A stretch of 64,000 bases of DNA from an uncultured Opitutales bacterium (GCA_964562015.1 CAZLRH010000008.1:26500-90499); one strand, 5' to 3'; shown: positions 1 to 9,527, numbered from the stretch's first letter. A program made the numbers and translations. Notes: a model not told the origin generated them from the sequence alone.

Positions 1-118
1 CGTCGATTAATTTTGCCTGGGCGGCATCCGGGCCGTGCTGAACGAGGAGTGCGCGCAGCTCGGGCCACGCGTGGATGACGTTGTAGGCGTCAACGAGCAG
101 ATGCCGGTCCGGGGCCAT
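1..118 (-). CDS. NYN/YacP-like (PIN-fold) domain protein, N-terminal fragment running off the window
   Basis: Own minus-strand translation from ATG (cat at 116-118): MAPDRHLLVDAYNVIHAWPELRALLVQHGPDAAQAKLID... The LLVDxYNVIh..W opening resembles YacP/NYN N-termini. Absent from the ORF track because the window edge truncates it. Confidence 0.4.
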   Translation of the reverse strand, partial: MAPDRHLLVDAYNVIHAWPELRALLVQHGPDAAQAKLID

Positions 119-132
119 GGGAGAGAGGAAAG

Positions 133-170
133 AAAAGAGTTTTGGACAGAATTAACCGAATTTGGAGAAT
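133..170. repeat. Truncated copy (left arm only) of the GGACAGAATT palindromic intergenic element
   Basis: gagttttggacagaattaaccgaattt matches the left arms at 183-213 and 327-357. No matching right arm follows. Confidence 0.5.
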
Positions 171-182
171 TGCGGAAAACCG

Positions 183-291
183 GAAGAAGATTTTGGACAG
201 AATTGACAGAATTTAGGAAATTACTGAACCAGAAATCAGACATCTTTTCTTAATTCAGTTAATTCTGTAAATTCTGTCAAAAATCTTCTTC
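183..291. repeat. Palindromic intergenic element, copy 1 (31-nt arms, 47-nt loop)
   Basis: Left arm 183-213 gaagaagattttggacagaattgacagaatt. Reverse complement of right arm 261-291 is gaagaagatttttgacagaatttacagaatt (29/31 by my alignment). Each arm contains a tandem GACAGAATT unit. Confidence 0.8.
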
Positions 292-326
292 TTTCTGTAT
301 TTCTCACTGACGTAAAAATTCCACCT

Positions 327-435
327 GAAAAGAGTTTTGGACAGAATTAACAAAATTTAGGGAATTGCTGAACCAGAAATCAGAAGTCTTTTTCTCAATT
401 CGATTAATTTTGTCAATTCTGTCCAAAAATCTTCG
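327..435. repeat. Palindromic intergenic element, copy 2
   Basis: Core arms 335-357 ttttggacagaattaacaaaatt and 406-428 (reverse complement ttttggacagaattgacaaaatt), 22/23. The loop (tagggaattgctgaaccagaaatcagaag...) is homologous to the loop of copy 1. Confidence 0.8.
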
Positions 436-445
436 TCTGCCCTTC

Positions 446-2137
446 TCAGACCCGGAACACAGCCCCGAGTTTTTTCCCGAGGAGGGCGGAGGCGCCGTAG
501 ATCGTGACGGCGAGGAACACCATCGCCCACACGCCGAGCGCGCTGGCGAGGTACGGGCCGTTGCCGAGCGAGCCGAGCAATTGGTAGATGGCTTTGGTGA
601 TGGGGAAATACTGCTGCTTCTGCGCGAGGAGCATGGAATCGCTGACTTCGAGCATCGATTGCGCGAAGACGAGAATCGCACCGGCCAGAAGATTGCCGAA
701 GATGAGCGGGGCCGTGACCACCAGCGCCGCGCGCCACGGCGGACAACCGAGGTTTTGTGCCGCCTCCTCGTAGGCGACACTGGTTTGCTCCAGCCCCGCC
801 ACCGCCGAGCGGACCATCAGCGGGAGTTTCCGCACGGCGTAGGCAAACACCAGCGCCGTCGTGGGATTGCCAATCGGGTCGAGCCAGGCGAAGGCGCGGC
901 CGGGCTGGCTCATCACCAAATAACCGAACGCGAGGACGAGGCCCGGCACCGCAAGCGGCAGCATGGCCGTAGCGTCGAGCGCGTGGCGGCCGGGCATTTT
1001 CGTGCGGGCGACCACATAGGCGATGCCGACGCCGAGGACCACCGCCAATAGCGACGCCAACCCCGCGTAGCGGAGGCTGTTGAGAATGGCAGGAACCGTC
1101 TGGTCGCTGCCGAGCGCGAGGCTGAAATTCGCCGTTGTCCAGCCGGTGGGCAGTAATGTCCCATACCAGTCACTCGAACACGCCACGCCGATGACCGCGA
1201 GGTGCGGCAACAGCGCGACGAAGGTAACACCGCCAAAAAGCGCGATGCAGGCCGAGGCCCCAAGCCAGCCCGTCGGCCGTTCCTCCGCGGCGTGGCCCGC
1301 TTTCGCGACGGCGGCGTAGCTGGCGCGTCCGAACAAGCCCTTGCCCAACGCATAAAAGGACACCGCGGCCGCCAGCATCACCGTCACGAGCGCGTAGGGA
1401 AAAGGATTCTGGCCGATTTCGCGCAGGCCGTTGAACACTTGCACCGAGGCGATGCGGTCATAATCAAAAATCAGCGGCACGCCCAGTTCCGTGAACGCCC
1501 AGACAAAGACGACGGTGCCGCCCGCAAACAGACCGGGGCGCATGAGCGGCAGCGTGATTTGCCAAAACCGCGCGAAGCCGCGGCAGCCGAGGTTTTCCGC
1601 CGCTTCTTCCATCGCCGGATCGATATTAGCCAGCGCGGCGAGGGCGTTGAGATAGAGAATCGGATACAGGCCGAGCGCGCACAGCGCGACCATCCCGCAA
1701 AAACGCCCTGGCCCGCCGAGCCAATCCACGGGCACGGACGCCAGCCCGAGGTCGAGCAGGAGGGTGTTAAGAACGCCGTACGTGCCGAGAATCTGGCGCA
1801 CGCCGATGGCCCCGACAAACGGCGGCAGCAGGATCGGCATGAGCACGAGCGCGAGGAAAAATTTCTTGCCGGGAAAGGCATACCGGTCGGCGACCAGGGC
1901 CAGCGGCACGGCAATGGCCATCGCCAGCGCGGTGGCTGCGACCGCGAGCGCAAAGGAATTCGCCAGACCCTCGAGATAAATGGAGTTCGTGAACACCCCG
2001 CACAGGAATGCGAGCGTAAAGTGCCCATTGGCGTCCACAAAACCACCGTGCAAAATTTGCGCGAGGGGCCAGACGAAAAAGGCCGCAAACAACCCGGCGG
2101 TTACCACGTACACTCCGAGACTGAGCGATTTGGACAT
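446..2137 (-). CDS. ABC transporter permease, fused two-domain (Fe3+/FbpB-CysW-like)
   Basis: 563-aa polytopic ORF with two permease halves, each carrying an EAA-like loop (MEEAAENLGC... and YEEAAQNLGC...). No ATPase or binding-protein gene is adjacent in the window. Confidence 0.8.
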   Translation of the reverse strand: MSKSLSLGVYVVTAGLFAAFFVWPLAQILHGGFVDANGHFTLAFLCGVFTNSIYLEGLANSFALAVAATALAMAIAVPLALVADRYAFPGKKFFLALVLMPILLPPFVGAIGVRQILGTYGVLNTLLLDLGLASVPVDWLGGPGRFCGMVALCALGLYPILYLNALAALANIDPAMEEAAENLGCRGFARFWQITLPLMRPGLFAGGTVVFVWAFTELGVPLIFDYDRIASVQVFNGLREIGQNPFPYALVTVMLAAAVSFYALGKGLFGRASYAAVAKAGHAAEERPTGWLGASACIALFGGVTFVALLPHLAVIGVACSSDWYGTLLPTGWTTANFSLALGSDQTVPAILNSLRYAGLASLLAVVLGVGIAYVVARTKMPGRHALDATAMLPLAVPGLVLAFGYLVMSQPGRAFAWLDPIGNPTTALVFAYAVRKLPLMVRSAVAGLEQTSVAYEEAAQNLGCPPWRAALVVTAPLIFGNLLAGAILVFAQSMLEVSDSMLLAQKQQYFPITKAIYQLLGSLGNGPYLASALGVWAMVFLAVTIYGASALLGKKLGAVFRV

Positions 2138-2146
2138 CGGGGGAGT

Positions 2147-2188
2147 TAGTTGCTAGTTGTTAGTTGCAGGCGACCAAGTGTTAGTTGC
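2147..2188. repeat. Tandem TAGTTG(C/T) heptamers (3 contiguous copies plus 1 spaced copy)
   Basis: tagttgc tagttgt tagttgc at 2147-2167 and tagttgc at 2182-2188. Same build as the hairpin arms elsewhere in the window, but no inverted partner was seen. Confidence 0.4.
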
Positions 2189-2259
2189 TGATGGCAGGCT
2201 TGCCCGAGCTGGCCGAGGGGTGCTTCAGGGATCTGCGAAATAAAGTACCTGTGATTTTA

Positions 2260-2321
2260 ACCACAAAAAGCACAAGCAGCTCAGCCCATCCTAGTTTTGT
2301 GCCTCTTGTGCTTTTTGTGGT
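2260..2321. repeat. Perfect 17-bp inverted repeat hairpin (28-nt loop)
   Basis: accacaaaaagcacaag (2260-2276) and cttgtgctttttgtggt (2305-2321) are exact reverse complements. The arm contains the repeated CACAA unit. Confidence 0.75.
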
Positions 2322-2524
2322 CAATGCTCTTCAAGGACAATCGAATTTTTTTGTTCGAGGCGAGCAGGCTTCAGGCTGGAGATTGCCGGCGGTGGCCGGG
2401 CGGAAGGCAGCGTAGCCCAAGCGCGGGAGTATTCGAGATTTTTCCGGCGCACAAAAAACTTGGCCGCGGCGCGGAAAGATGCCATCTTTCGCCTTTGTGG
2501 CGCAGGATGCTGCCGCCACCACCT

Positions 2525-2614
2525 GGAGAGGTGACAGAGTGGCCGATTGTGCCTGACTCGAAATCAGGTGTCCTCGCAAGGGGACCGGGGGTTCGAATCC
2601 CTCCCTCTCCGCCA
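2525..2614 (+). tRNA. tRNA-Ser (anticodon CGA), class II with long variable arm, CCA encoded
   Basis: Hand-folded cloverleaf. Acceptor GGAGAGG/CCTCTCC. D stem ACA/TGT. Anticodon stem CCTGA/TCAGG with loop CTCGAAA. Variable arm GTCC..GGAC. T arm GGGGG-TTCGAAT-CCCTC. Discriminator G plus CCA. Confidence 0.93.
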
Positions 2615-2700
2615 GTTTGCAGTTTCGCAGAATTCCCCGCTAACGCGATCATCACCGAAGCTCACCCCGGCCCATGAGCGATGGGCACAATTGTCCGGCT

Positions 2701-2722
2701 AAAAATGAGTGCGCTCATTTTT
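2701..2722. promoter_or_regulatory. Putative TetR operator palindrome 1 (AAAAATGAG-N4-CTCATTTTT)
   Basis: Nine-bp perfect inverted arms around tgcg, about 60 bp upstream of the TetR gene start. Confidence 0.45.
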
Positions 2723-2756
2723 ATTTGACAGGGAGGCCCGACACTTCTAATTTCAT

Positions 2757-2778
2757 AAAATTGAGCCCACTCATATTT
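2757..2778. promoter_or_regulatory. Putative TetR operator palindrome 2 (AAATTGAG-N4-CTCATATTT)
   Basis: Second TGAG-N4-CTCA palindrome related to 2701-2722, ending 6 nt before the TetR ATG (2784). Confidence 0.4.
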
Positions 2779-2783
2779 ATTTT

Positions 2784-3443
2784 ATGAAAGTGAAATCCGG
2801 AAAATACAAACCGCAGGAAAGGCCCGGCCGGAGGGCCGAGAACAAGGACAAGACGAAGCAGGCCATCCTGGCGGCGGCCCTGCGACTCTTTGTCGAAAAA
2901 GGATTTTATAAGACCACGACGAGTGCCATTTCCAAGAAGGCAGGCATCGCCGAGGGCACGCTCTTCAATTATTTCCAAACCAAGGAGGACCTGGCCCTCT
3001 ACTTTTTCGAACAGGAACTGGAGCACGTCATCGAGTGGTTCCAGACCGATGCGCGCATCCAACGCGCGGCGCTCCCGGAAAAACTTTTTGCGATCATCCA
3101 CCAGTCTCTCGACCGGCTGGCTCCGTACGAGGAATTCCTCGGCGCCGTGTACCTGCGCTCGCTGATGCCGGTTTCGAAGCTGAGCCCGTGGAGGCTGCAG
3201 AACCAGGAGCGTCATCTGCGCTATTTGCGGTTCATCCGTGACATTCTGGCCGACGCTGAAGCAGCGGAGGAAATTCCGCCGTACGGCGACTTTGGGGCCT
3301 ATTCCTTCGGGCTTTTGCACCTGGCGATGATCACCTACTGGCTGCAGGATCACTCACGCGGAAAGGAGCAAACGCTGGCGCTGCTCGACCGCATCCTGAA
3401 GATGGGCACCCATTTCCTGAAAAAAGGAGGCTGGGAATGGTAA
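2784..3443 (+). CDS. TetR/AcrR family transcriptional regulator
   Basis: N-terminal HTH signature [46 protein letters not shown]. The 219-aa size is typical. Confidence 0.9.
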   Translation: MKVKSGKYKPQERPGRRAENKDKTKQAILAAALRLFVEKGFYKTTTSAISKKAGIAEGTLFNYFQTKEDLALYFFEQELEHVIEWFQTDARIQRAALPEKLFAIIHQSLDRLAPYEEFLGAVYLRSLMPVSKLSPWRLQNQERHLRYLRFIRDILADAEAAEEIPPYGDFGAYSFGLLHLAMITYWLQDHSRGKEQTLALLDRILKMGTHFLKKGGWEW

Positions 3444-4762
3444 ATCACAAAACACACAAAGGCGCCTTAACGCGCGGCTTTCTGCTCGGTAAGCTGGGAT
3501 TCAAACTGGCGGGAAGCTATCTGGGTTACCAGGCCCAGAATCTTCTCCTGGACGAAGCCGAAGGGCCGCAGAGGGAGGCTCGCTTTCAGCTACAGGCCTC
3601 GAGGCGCTTGCGCGAGGAACTCGGTCGCCTGAAAGGGCCGGCCATGAAGATTGGGCAATTGTTAAGCCTGGACAGCGGTTCGCTGCGTCCGGAGACGATC
3701 GAGGAACTGGCAAACCTTCAAATGCGCGCCCCGGGCATGCATGCGAGCCTGGCGCGCGCGCAATTCAAGGCTGCGCTGGGCCAATATCCCGAGGAACTAT
3801 TTCGCGAGTTCGACCCCGAGCCTTTTGCCGCCGCGTCGCTGGGGCAGGTGCACCGCGGCATCACTCACCAAGGGGAAAAGGTGGCCATAAAAATCCAGTA
3901 CCCCGCCATTCGCTCTGCGATTGAAAACGACTTCAAACTTATCAAGTCCCTGGCTCTGCCGGGCCGGTTATCCGGTTACCTACCCACCTCTTTGCTGGCC
4001 GAGTTTGAACGCGGCACGCTTGAAGAGACCGAATATCTCCATGAAGCGCAAAACATCGAATACTTTCATAAGGAATTAAAGGGGCTATCCTATCTTTCCA
4101 TTCCCTGGGTGTACCACGAATGGAGTGGTGATCGCGTCCTGACCATGTCGCATATCGAAGGCGTGCCATTCCGGAATTTTCTGATGCAAAAACCGTCGGC
4201 GGCCATACGCAATCTTGTCGGTGAACGGCTGGTCGAATCCTTTCATACACAATTGCATTGGCTGAAGAGACTCCATGCCGACCAGCACCCAGGCAATTAC
4301 CTGTTTAGTTCCGACGGCTCCATCGGGCTGGTCGATTTCGGTTGCGTGAAACGGATCCGCATCGAAGCTACGGAACTCATCAATTCCATGGTCAACCGCT
4401 CTTGGCGTCAGAGCGAAGCCTCAGCCAGGCGATTCGTGGGCCTTGCACTGGGAGAAAAAATGCCGCTCGCCCAGGCGCGGAAAATCCTGCCGCTTGTGGA
4501 GGCCAGTGCCGATTTTCTCTTTCCCCAGGGGCCAGCGGCAAATCCGGTGGTGGATTTTGGCGACAAGAAGTTGTACGAACTGCTCACCAGTAACGGCAAA
4601 AAGATGCTGCGTCACCAGTTGTACAATCCGGAATTTGCGTTTATTTCTCGGGTGGAGATGGGGTTGGACCATCTTTTGCACGAACTCGGCGCGAAGGTGA
4701 ACGTGGGCGCGGTCTGGCGACGAGTATCCACCGCACCCGTCGTCGGCCACAACCACGCCTGA
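3437..4762 (+). CDS. ABC1/AarF/UbiB-family atypical kinase
   Basis: ABC1 motifs: QLLS..., [21 protein letters not shown], and the [10 protein letters not shown] catalytic-loop-like segment. The ATG overlaps the TetR stop by 7 nt (atggtaa). Confidence 0.8.
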   Translation: MVNHKTHKGALTRGFLLGKLGFKLAGSYLGYQAQNLLLDEAEGPQREARFQLQASRRLREELGRLKGPAMKIGQLLSLDSGSLRPETIEELANLQMRAPGMHASLARAQFKAALGQYPEELFREFDPEPFAAASLGQVHRGITHQGEKVAIKIQYPAIRSAIENDFKLIKSLALPGRLSGYLPTSLLAEFERGTLEETEYLHEAQNIEYFHKELKGLSYLSIPWVYHEWSGDRVLTMSHIEGVPFRNFLMQKPSAAIRNLVGERLVESFHTQLHWLKRLHADQHPGNYLFSSDGSIGLVDFGCVKRIRIEATELINSMVNRSWRQSEASARRFVGLALGEKMPLAQARKILPLVEASADFLFPQGPAANPVVDFGDKKLYELLTSNGKKMLRHQLYNPEFAFISRVEMGLDHLLHELGAKVNVGAVWRRVSTAPVVGHNHA

Positions 4763-5051
4763 TCGTGCATCCGCGTCTCGAAAGCCTCCAGTTTGCCCCT
4801 TAGCTCGGCGTTGCCCTTATGTCGCCGGCTCGAGCTGGCCGAGACACGCTTATAAAATCTATCCTACCAGGGAGTCGCCGTTCGAATTGCTTTGTCCAAG
4901 AGCCACCGCCAGTTTTTCAAGCCTAGGCACGCAGCGAAGGAGAGCCTTTTCCTGTCAGTTTAGGCTCGTCACCGTTCTCCCTGACGGTGTTGCATGAGTC
5001 GGTCGGCAAACGGCTGCAAGGTCAGCCCTACGCCCCTACCCCCATATCTCC

Positions 5052-6296
5052 ATGAAAGCTCCGCTCTTCTTCCCCGCTGCGATTCTATTGATGGGTGCGA
5101 ACCTCGCCCCAGCCCAGACCGCAGCCGCCGCCCCGGCTGCAACGTCAACCCCGGTCGCGGCTTCGGCGCCAGCACCAACCCAGCCTGCCGCCACCCCAAC
5201 GCCGGCTCAGCCAGCCGCTGCCGCCGAGACCGCCCAGCCGGCCGCAGCAGCGCCGACTCAACCTACTGGCACTTCGGCTCCTGCAGCAGGCCGCGGCGGG
5301 GCGCGTGCGCCTGTGCCCACGCGCGACCCGCTCGCCGCGGGATATGTCAAGGCCACTGAACTGCCCGACGGGCAGGTGCCACCGATGGAGGCCGAGGGCA
5401 ATTTCATCATCGGCCCGACCCACCGTCCGGCGCCCGAAATGAGCCCCGTCGCGGCGGGCCAACCCAAGGGCACCGTCTATAAGTTCTCCCTCGATTCGGC
5501 CGAGAGTAAATTTTATCCGGGGATCGCGGCGGGCGGAGCCGGGCCGGACGGTGCCGTGACCAGCATTCCCGCGCCTTACAAGCGCACCGTTTCCGTTTAT
5601 GTACCCGCGCAGTATGTGCCCGGGACGGCGGCGCCGGTCATGATCACCACCGACGGCGACAACCGGGCGTTCAACGTGCTCGACCATCTCATTCCCGAGA
5701 AAAAACTGCCCGTGATGGTTGTCGTCGCCATTCCCCCGGGCGGCCCCGATGGACGCGGCGGCGAGCGCAATCTGGAATACGACACCGTGTCGGGCAAATA
5801 TAGCGACTTTGTCGAGACCGAGGTTCTGCCGATGGCGGAAAAGGTCGCCCATGTGACGCTCACGAAAGATCCAGACGGGCGCGCCGTGATGGGCACCAGC
5901 TCAGGCGCAGCCGCGAGCATGATCATGGCGTGGCTGCACCCTGAGCGCTACCATCGCGTGTTAACGTTCTCCGGCACTTTCACCAACAATCAGTACCCGA
6001 CCAATCCGGAGTTTCCGCACGGCGCCTGGGGACTCCACGAAACGCTGATTCCCCAAAGTCCGGTCAAACCGCTCCGCATCTACATGGAGGTCGGCGACCA
6101 CGACAACTTCGGCGGACCGACGCGCGACTGGGTGGAGGCGGGCGAAAACATGGCCAAAATCCTGACCGAAAAAGGCTATCACTACAAATTCGTCTTCGCC
6201 CGCAGCGCCGGGCACACTGATCGGCCGACCATCTCACAGCTCTACCCGACTGCGCTGCAATGGATTTGGCAGGGATATCCGGTCGGGGGAAAGTGA
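5052..6296 (+). CDS. Secreted alpha/beta-hydrolase, putative esterase family (enterochelin-esterase-like)
   Basis: Signal peptide, an Ala/Pro/Thr-rich linker, then a core with a GTSSGAAAS nucleophile-elbow-like motif and a C-terminal AGHTD. Confidence 0.6.
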   Translation: MKAPLFFPAAILLMGANLAPAQTAAAAPAATSTPVAASAPAPTQPAATPTPAQPAAAAETAQPAAAAPTQPTGTSAPAAGRGGARAPVPTRDPLAAGYVKATELPDGQVPPMEAEGNFIIGPTHRPAPEMSPVAAGQPKGTVYKFSLDSAESKFYPGIAAGGAGPDGAVTSIPAPYKRTVSVYVPAQYVPGTAAPVMITTDGDNRAFNVLDHLIPEKKLPVMVVVAIPPGGPDGRGGERNLEYDTVSGKYSDFVETEVLPMAEKVAHVTLTKDPDGRAVMGTSSGAAASMIMAWLHPERYHRVLTFSGTFTNNQYPTNPEFPHGAWGLHETLIPQSPVKPLRIYMEVGDHDNFGGPTRDWVEAGENMAKILTEKGYHYKFVFARSAGHTDRPTISQLYPTALQWIWQGYPVGGK

Positions 6297-6406
6297 CTTG
6301 CCACCGTCTTGATGTGGGATTTGCAACGCTCTTGCCCCAGAGTGAGAGTAACCGTAAGGATTCAGAAACATCCTTCTCCGCCAAGTCATTGGGCGGCTAA
6401 AATCTC

Positions 6407-7807
6407 ATGCAACTCCGCCCCCTTTTGCCACTTGGTCTAGCTGTACTCGCTCCCTGGCTGGGAAGTCACGAGTCCTGGGGACAAAATGTGACGAATTCTG
6501 CAACCCCGGACAGCCAGCCCACGACCACCCAGAATAGTTCGTCGACAAATCCCCCGTCCTCCTCCGCCACACAACCTGTAGAGTCTGCCCAAGCAGCAGA
6601 AACCGGCGATCCTCTCGGCCTCGCGGGCAATCCGGGCGCCGTCAACACCACCGCGGGCACGGGCTGGCTCGGGCGCACGCTGGGTATTCCCGCCGACACC
6701 GGCGTAACCTTCGGCGGCGTCTGGCTGGGTGACAGCAACTGGCTGATGAGCGGCGGCGTGAATCCGGGTAATGTGACGTACAACAGTCTGCTCATCGCCG
6801 ATTTGCATGTGGATTTGCAAAAGGCCGTGGGGCTCAGCGGCGCGAGTGTCGGCGCGGAATTCCTGCAATACAATGGCCAGCCGACCAATGCGGTGGCCGG
6901 CAGCGTGCAGGGTTACAACAGCCTGGTGGGACCGCCGCCGCTGGATAGGTCGCAACTTTATCAGTTATGGTGGCGGCAGGAGTTTTTTGACGGCCGGCTC
7001 ATTGTGCGCCTGGGCAAAACCGTGCCGACGATTGATTTTAATAATGTCGTGCGCCCGGTGCCGGTGCAAAACGACACGCGCGCCATCCCGGCGGTCAGCG
7101 GCTTGCTTTACACTCCGCTGTTCATCAACCCGACGCTCATCGGCGTCTCGCCGGGCTACTACAATTCGGCCTATGGGGCGACGATCACGTTCGCGCCGCG
7201 CAAGGACTTTTATGTGTCTTACGGCGCGTACGACGGCAGCGGCGCGCAGGGCGTGCAGACAGGCGAAACGGGCCCGCATTTCAACGGCCATTATTTTCAA
7301 ATTGCGGAGGCGGGCTATGCCTGGGAATTGGGCACGCAGCACCTGCCCGGCGAAATTGCGGTCGGCGGCTGGCTGCAAAACGGGCCGTTGGCGCTGCCTT
7401 CGGGTGTGACGCAGGACGGCGCGCAGGGGCTTTACGCCTTCGGCTCGCAGAGGTTGTGGTTCGAAAATCCAGGTGTGGACAACAGTGGCGTGAGCGGATT
7501 TTTCCAATATGGCCTCAACCATGCCCATACGCTGCCCGTCAACCAGTATGCCGGCACCGGCCTAACGGCGTTTGGACTGATGCCGGGACGCGCGGAGGAT
7601 TCGTTCGGCGCGGGGCTGGCGTGGTCCCAGCTCAATCCCAATATTTATGCGCGGCACGACGAATGGATGGTGCAGGGCTATTACCAGGCCCATCTTTTCG
7701 GCACGGTTTATTTCCAGCCGGCGGCGACTTTTATTCCGAATCCGGGAGCAAAATCCAAGCTGAGCGCCGCCTGGGCGCTGACACTGCGGCTGCTCGTGCT
7801 CTTTTAA
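6407..7807 (+). CDS. Outer-membrane carbohydrate-selective porin (OprB-like)
   Basis: Signal peptide. Alternating beta-strand pattern with aromatic girdles, an LYQLWWRQEFFDGRLIVRLGK segment typical of OprB-family N-termini, and a C-terminal ...LRLLVLF. Confidence 0.55.
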   Translation: MQLRPLLPLGLAVLAPWLGSHESWGQNVTNSATPDSQPTTTQNSSSTNPPSSSATQPVESAQAAETGDPLGLAGNPGAVNTTAGTGWLGRTLGIPADTGVTFGGVWLGDSNWLMSGGVNPGNVTYNSLLIADLHVDLQKAVGLSGASVGAEFLQYNGQPTNAVAGSVQGYNSLVGPPPLDRSQLYQLWWRQEFFDGRLIVRLGKTVPTIDFNNVVRPVPVQNDTRAIPAVSGLLYTPLFINPTLIGVSPGYYNSAYGATITFAPRKDFYVSYGAYDGSGAQGVQTGETGPHFNGHYFQIAEAGYAWELGTQHLPGEIAVGGWLQNGPLALPSGVTQDGAQGLYAFGSQRLWFENPGVDNSGVSGFFQYGLNHAHTLPVNQYAGTGLTAFGLMPGRAEDSFGAGLAWSQLNPNIYARHDEWMVQGYYQAHLFGTVYFQPAATFIPNPGAKSKLSAAWALTLRLLVLF

Positions 7808-7986
7808 TGACACCTGATTGTTGTCCTGTTGTGACCGGGCAGAATTGTCGAGCAATTGCCTTGCATAACATGAGAGCGTTAGACAGATTCCCCTGAATGC
7901 CACCGAGAGGTGGTGCGGGCAGTATCCCGTATCCGCCCAACCTTTTTTTTAACAAAGCCAGATCCACCCAAACGCACCAGAAATCC

Positions 7987-8568
7987 ATGAGCACCAAAGC
8001 AGATCCCCGCAAAAAATTCGCGCTGGAAGCCACCCGGCTGGCCATTGAATCCGTCGAAAAGGGCTGGGGCGGCCCCTTCGGCGCCGTCATCGTCAAGGAC
8101 GGCAAAATCATCGGCCGTGGACAGAACCGCGTCCTCCTGACCGGCATTCCGGTTTATCACGCGGAAGTAACCGCCATCATCGACGCCTGCGGCCGCATCA
8201 ACTCCAAGGCCCTGCTCGGCTCGGATTACTCCGAGGGCAATTTGAAGATGATCCCGCGCCCGAAGGGTTCGCCGGATCCGGTGCCCGAGCGCGCGCAGAT
8301 GCTCAAGGGCTGCGAGCTCTACGTCAACGGCGCGCCCTGCCCCATGTGCATGAGCGCGATTTACTGGGCGCGCATCGACCGCGTGTACTTCGGCACCCGC
8401 CTGGAGGACACGAGCAAGATCGGTTTCGACGACGAATTTCAATACATCGACTTCCGCCTGCCGTGGAAGGAACGCAAGGCGATCAAGTGCTTCCCGGATT
8501 TCTATCGGGAAGACGCACTCCGCGCCTGCCAGGCCTGGATGGATAAGAAAGACCGCCACCCGTACTAA
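7987..8568 (+). CDS. guaD: Guanine deaminase, cytidine-deaminase fold (GuaD type)
   Basis: GGPFGAVIVKDG, the HAEVTAI zinc motif and PCPMCMSAIYWARIDRVYF, followed by GFDD. This closely parallels B. subtilis GuaD as I recall it. Start moved to ATG 7987 because the upstream extension looks non-coding. Confidence 0.8.
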   Translation: MSTKADPRKKFALEATRLAIESVEKGWGGPFGAVIVKDGKIIGRGQNRVLLTGIPVYHAEVTAIIDACGRINSKALLGSDYSEGNLKMIPRPKGSPDPVPERAQMLKGCELYVNGAPCPMCMSAIYWARIDRVYFGTRLEDTSKIGFDDEFQYIDFRLPWKERKAIKCFPDFYREDALRACQAWMDKKDRHPY

Positions 8569-8699
8569 ATTAGTCCGGTCGTCAGCAGCGCAGAATGCGC
8601 CGGTCGTCACCCGCAGCGGAGAAGGAGCACCCCACCCTATCCGCTGCGGGTTGGCACCCAAGGCCAGGTCATGCGAATGAGCATCCGCGGAGAAGCACC

Positions 8700-9518
8700 A
8701 TGGATCTGAACACCATCACCGAGATCAAGCGCCCGACGCGAGCCGAGGAAGTCAAGCAATGGCCGAAGGGATTCGCGTGGCTGGCGGGTGGGACGTGGTT
8801 GTTTTCGGAGCCCCAAATCGACACACATACCCTGGTCGATCTGGAGACGCTGAAATGGCCGGCCTTGACCGTCACGCCCGCCGGGCTGGAAATTGCCGCG
8901 ACGTGCAAGATTATCGAGCTGGAACGTTTCGTGGTGCCAGCGGAATGGCCCGCGGCGGCTTTATTGAGCAAATGCTGTCATTCGTTTTTGTCTTCGTTTA
9001 AAATCTGGAATGCGGCGACGGTGGGCGGAAACATCTGCATGGCGCTGCCGGCCGGGCCGATGATTTCGCTCACTGCGGCGCTCGAGGGCATTTGCACGTT
9101 GTGGCCGCGAACGGGGGCGGCGCGCCAACTCCCGGTGGTGGACTTCGTCACCGGCAACCACACCAACGTGCTTGCACCCGGCGAACTGCTGCGGTCAATT
9201 TTCCTGCCGGTGTCGGCGCTGAAAAAAAGTTACGCGTTCCGTCGCTTTTCGCTGACCCATCTCGGCCGCTCGGAAGTCCTGCTCATCGGCACGCGCTGTC
9301 CTGAAAGCGGGCGTTTTTTACTGACCATCACCGCCGCCACGCTGCGGCCGATTCAGCTCTCCTTCGCGAAGTTCCCGACTGCGGCGGAAGTTAAGGCGGC
9401 CATCGACCAAGCCGTGCCGTTCTCGCTGTATCTCGCCGACACCCACGGCTCGCCGGCCCACCGCCAGCATCTCACTTATTATTATGCGGAGGAAATCCGC
9501 CGCGAACTTTCCGTCTGA
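8700..9518 (+). CDS. Xanthine dehydrogenase family, FAD-binding (medium) subunit
   Basis: The AWLAGGTWLF... and GGNICMALPAGP segments are typical of CoxM/XdhB-type FAD_binding_5 domains. Start taken at MDLNTITEIKRP. Confidence 0.8.
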   Translation: MDLNTITEIKRPTRAEEVKQWPKGFAWLAGGTWLFSEPQIDTHTLVDLETLKWPALTVTPAGLEIAATCKIIELERFVVPAEWPAAALLSKCCHSFLSSFKIWNAATVGGNICMALPAGPMISLTAALEGICTLWPRTGAARQLPVVDFVTGNHTNVLAPGELLRSIFLPVSALKKSYAFRRFSLTHLGRSEVLLIGTRCPESGRFLLTITAATLRPIQLSFAKFPTAAEVKAAIDQAVPFSLYLADTHGSPAHRQHLTYYYAEEIRRELSV

Positions 9519-9527
9519 GGCTTGCCC

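Noticed and set aside
133-435. Possible CRISPR array (repeated palindromic units); also considered for the 20215-20640 repeats
   Set aside because: There are only 2.5 copies. The repeats are long hairpins with homologous loops rather than short direct repeats separated by unique spacers. The 20215-20640 repeats are in-frame coding hexamers. No cas genes are present in the window.
1202-2149. Other long antisense ORFs: 1202-2149(+), 21118-22014(+), 22516-23943(+), 26045-26998(+), 27524-28546(+), 28565-29767(+), 39724-41298(+), 46342-47823(+), 53174-54331(+), 55610-56812(+), 57104-58420(+), 14945-15853(+), 5145-5852(-), 42223-42951(-), 43226-43939(-)
   Set aside because: Each lies fully opposite a gene with clear family signatures and shows the biased composition of shadow frames. 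None was called.
2525-2784. tRNA-Ser as an integration site for a genomic island
   Set aside because: There is no integrase, no direct repeat of the tRNA 3' end, and no obvious foreign gene block downstream. The next genes are an ordinary TetR/kinase pair.
4763-5051. 290-bp intergenic region with a minus-strand peptide-like stretch (...RHKGNAELRGKLEAFET...), considered as a gene remnant or small RNA
   Set aside because: The open stretch is too short, has no recognisable family motif and no convincing structure. Evidence is insufficient to call anything.
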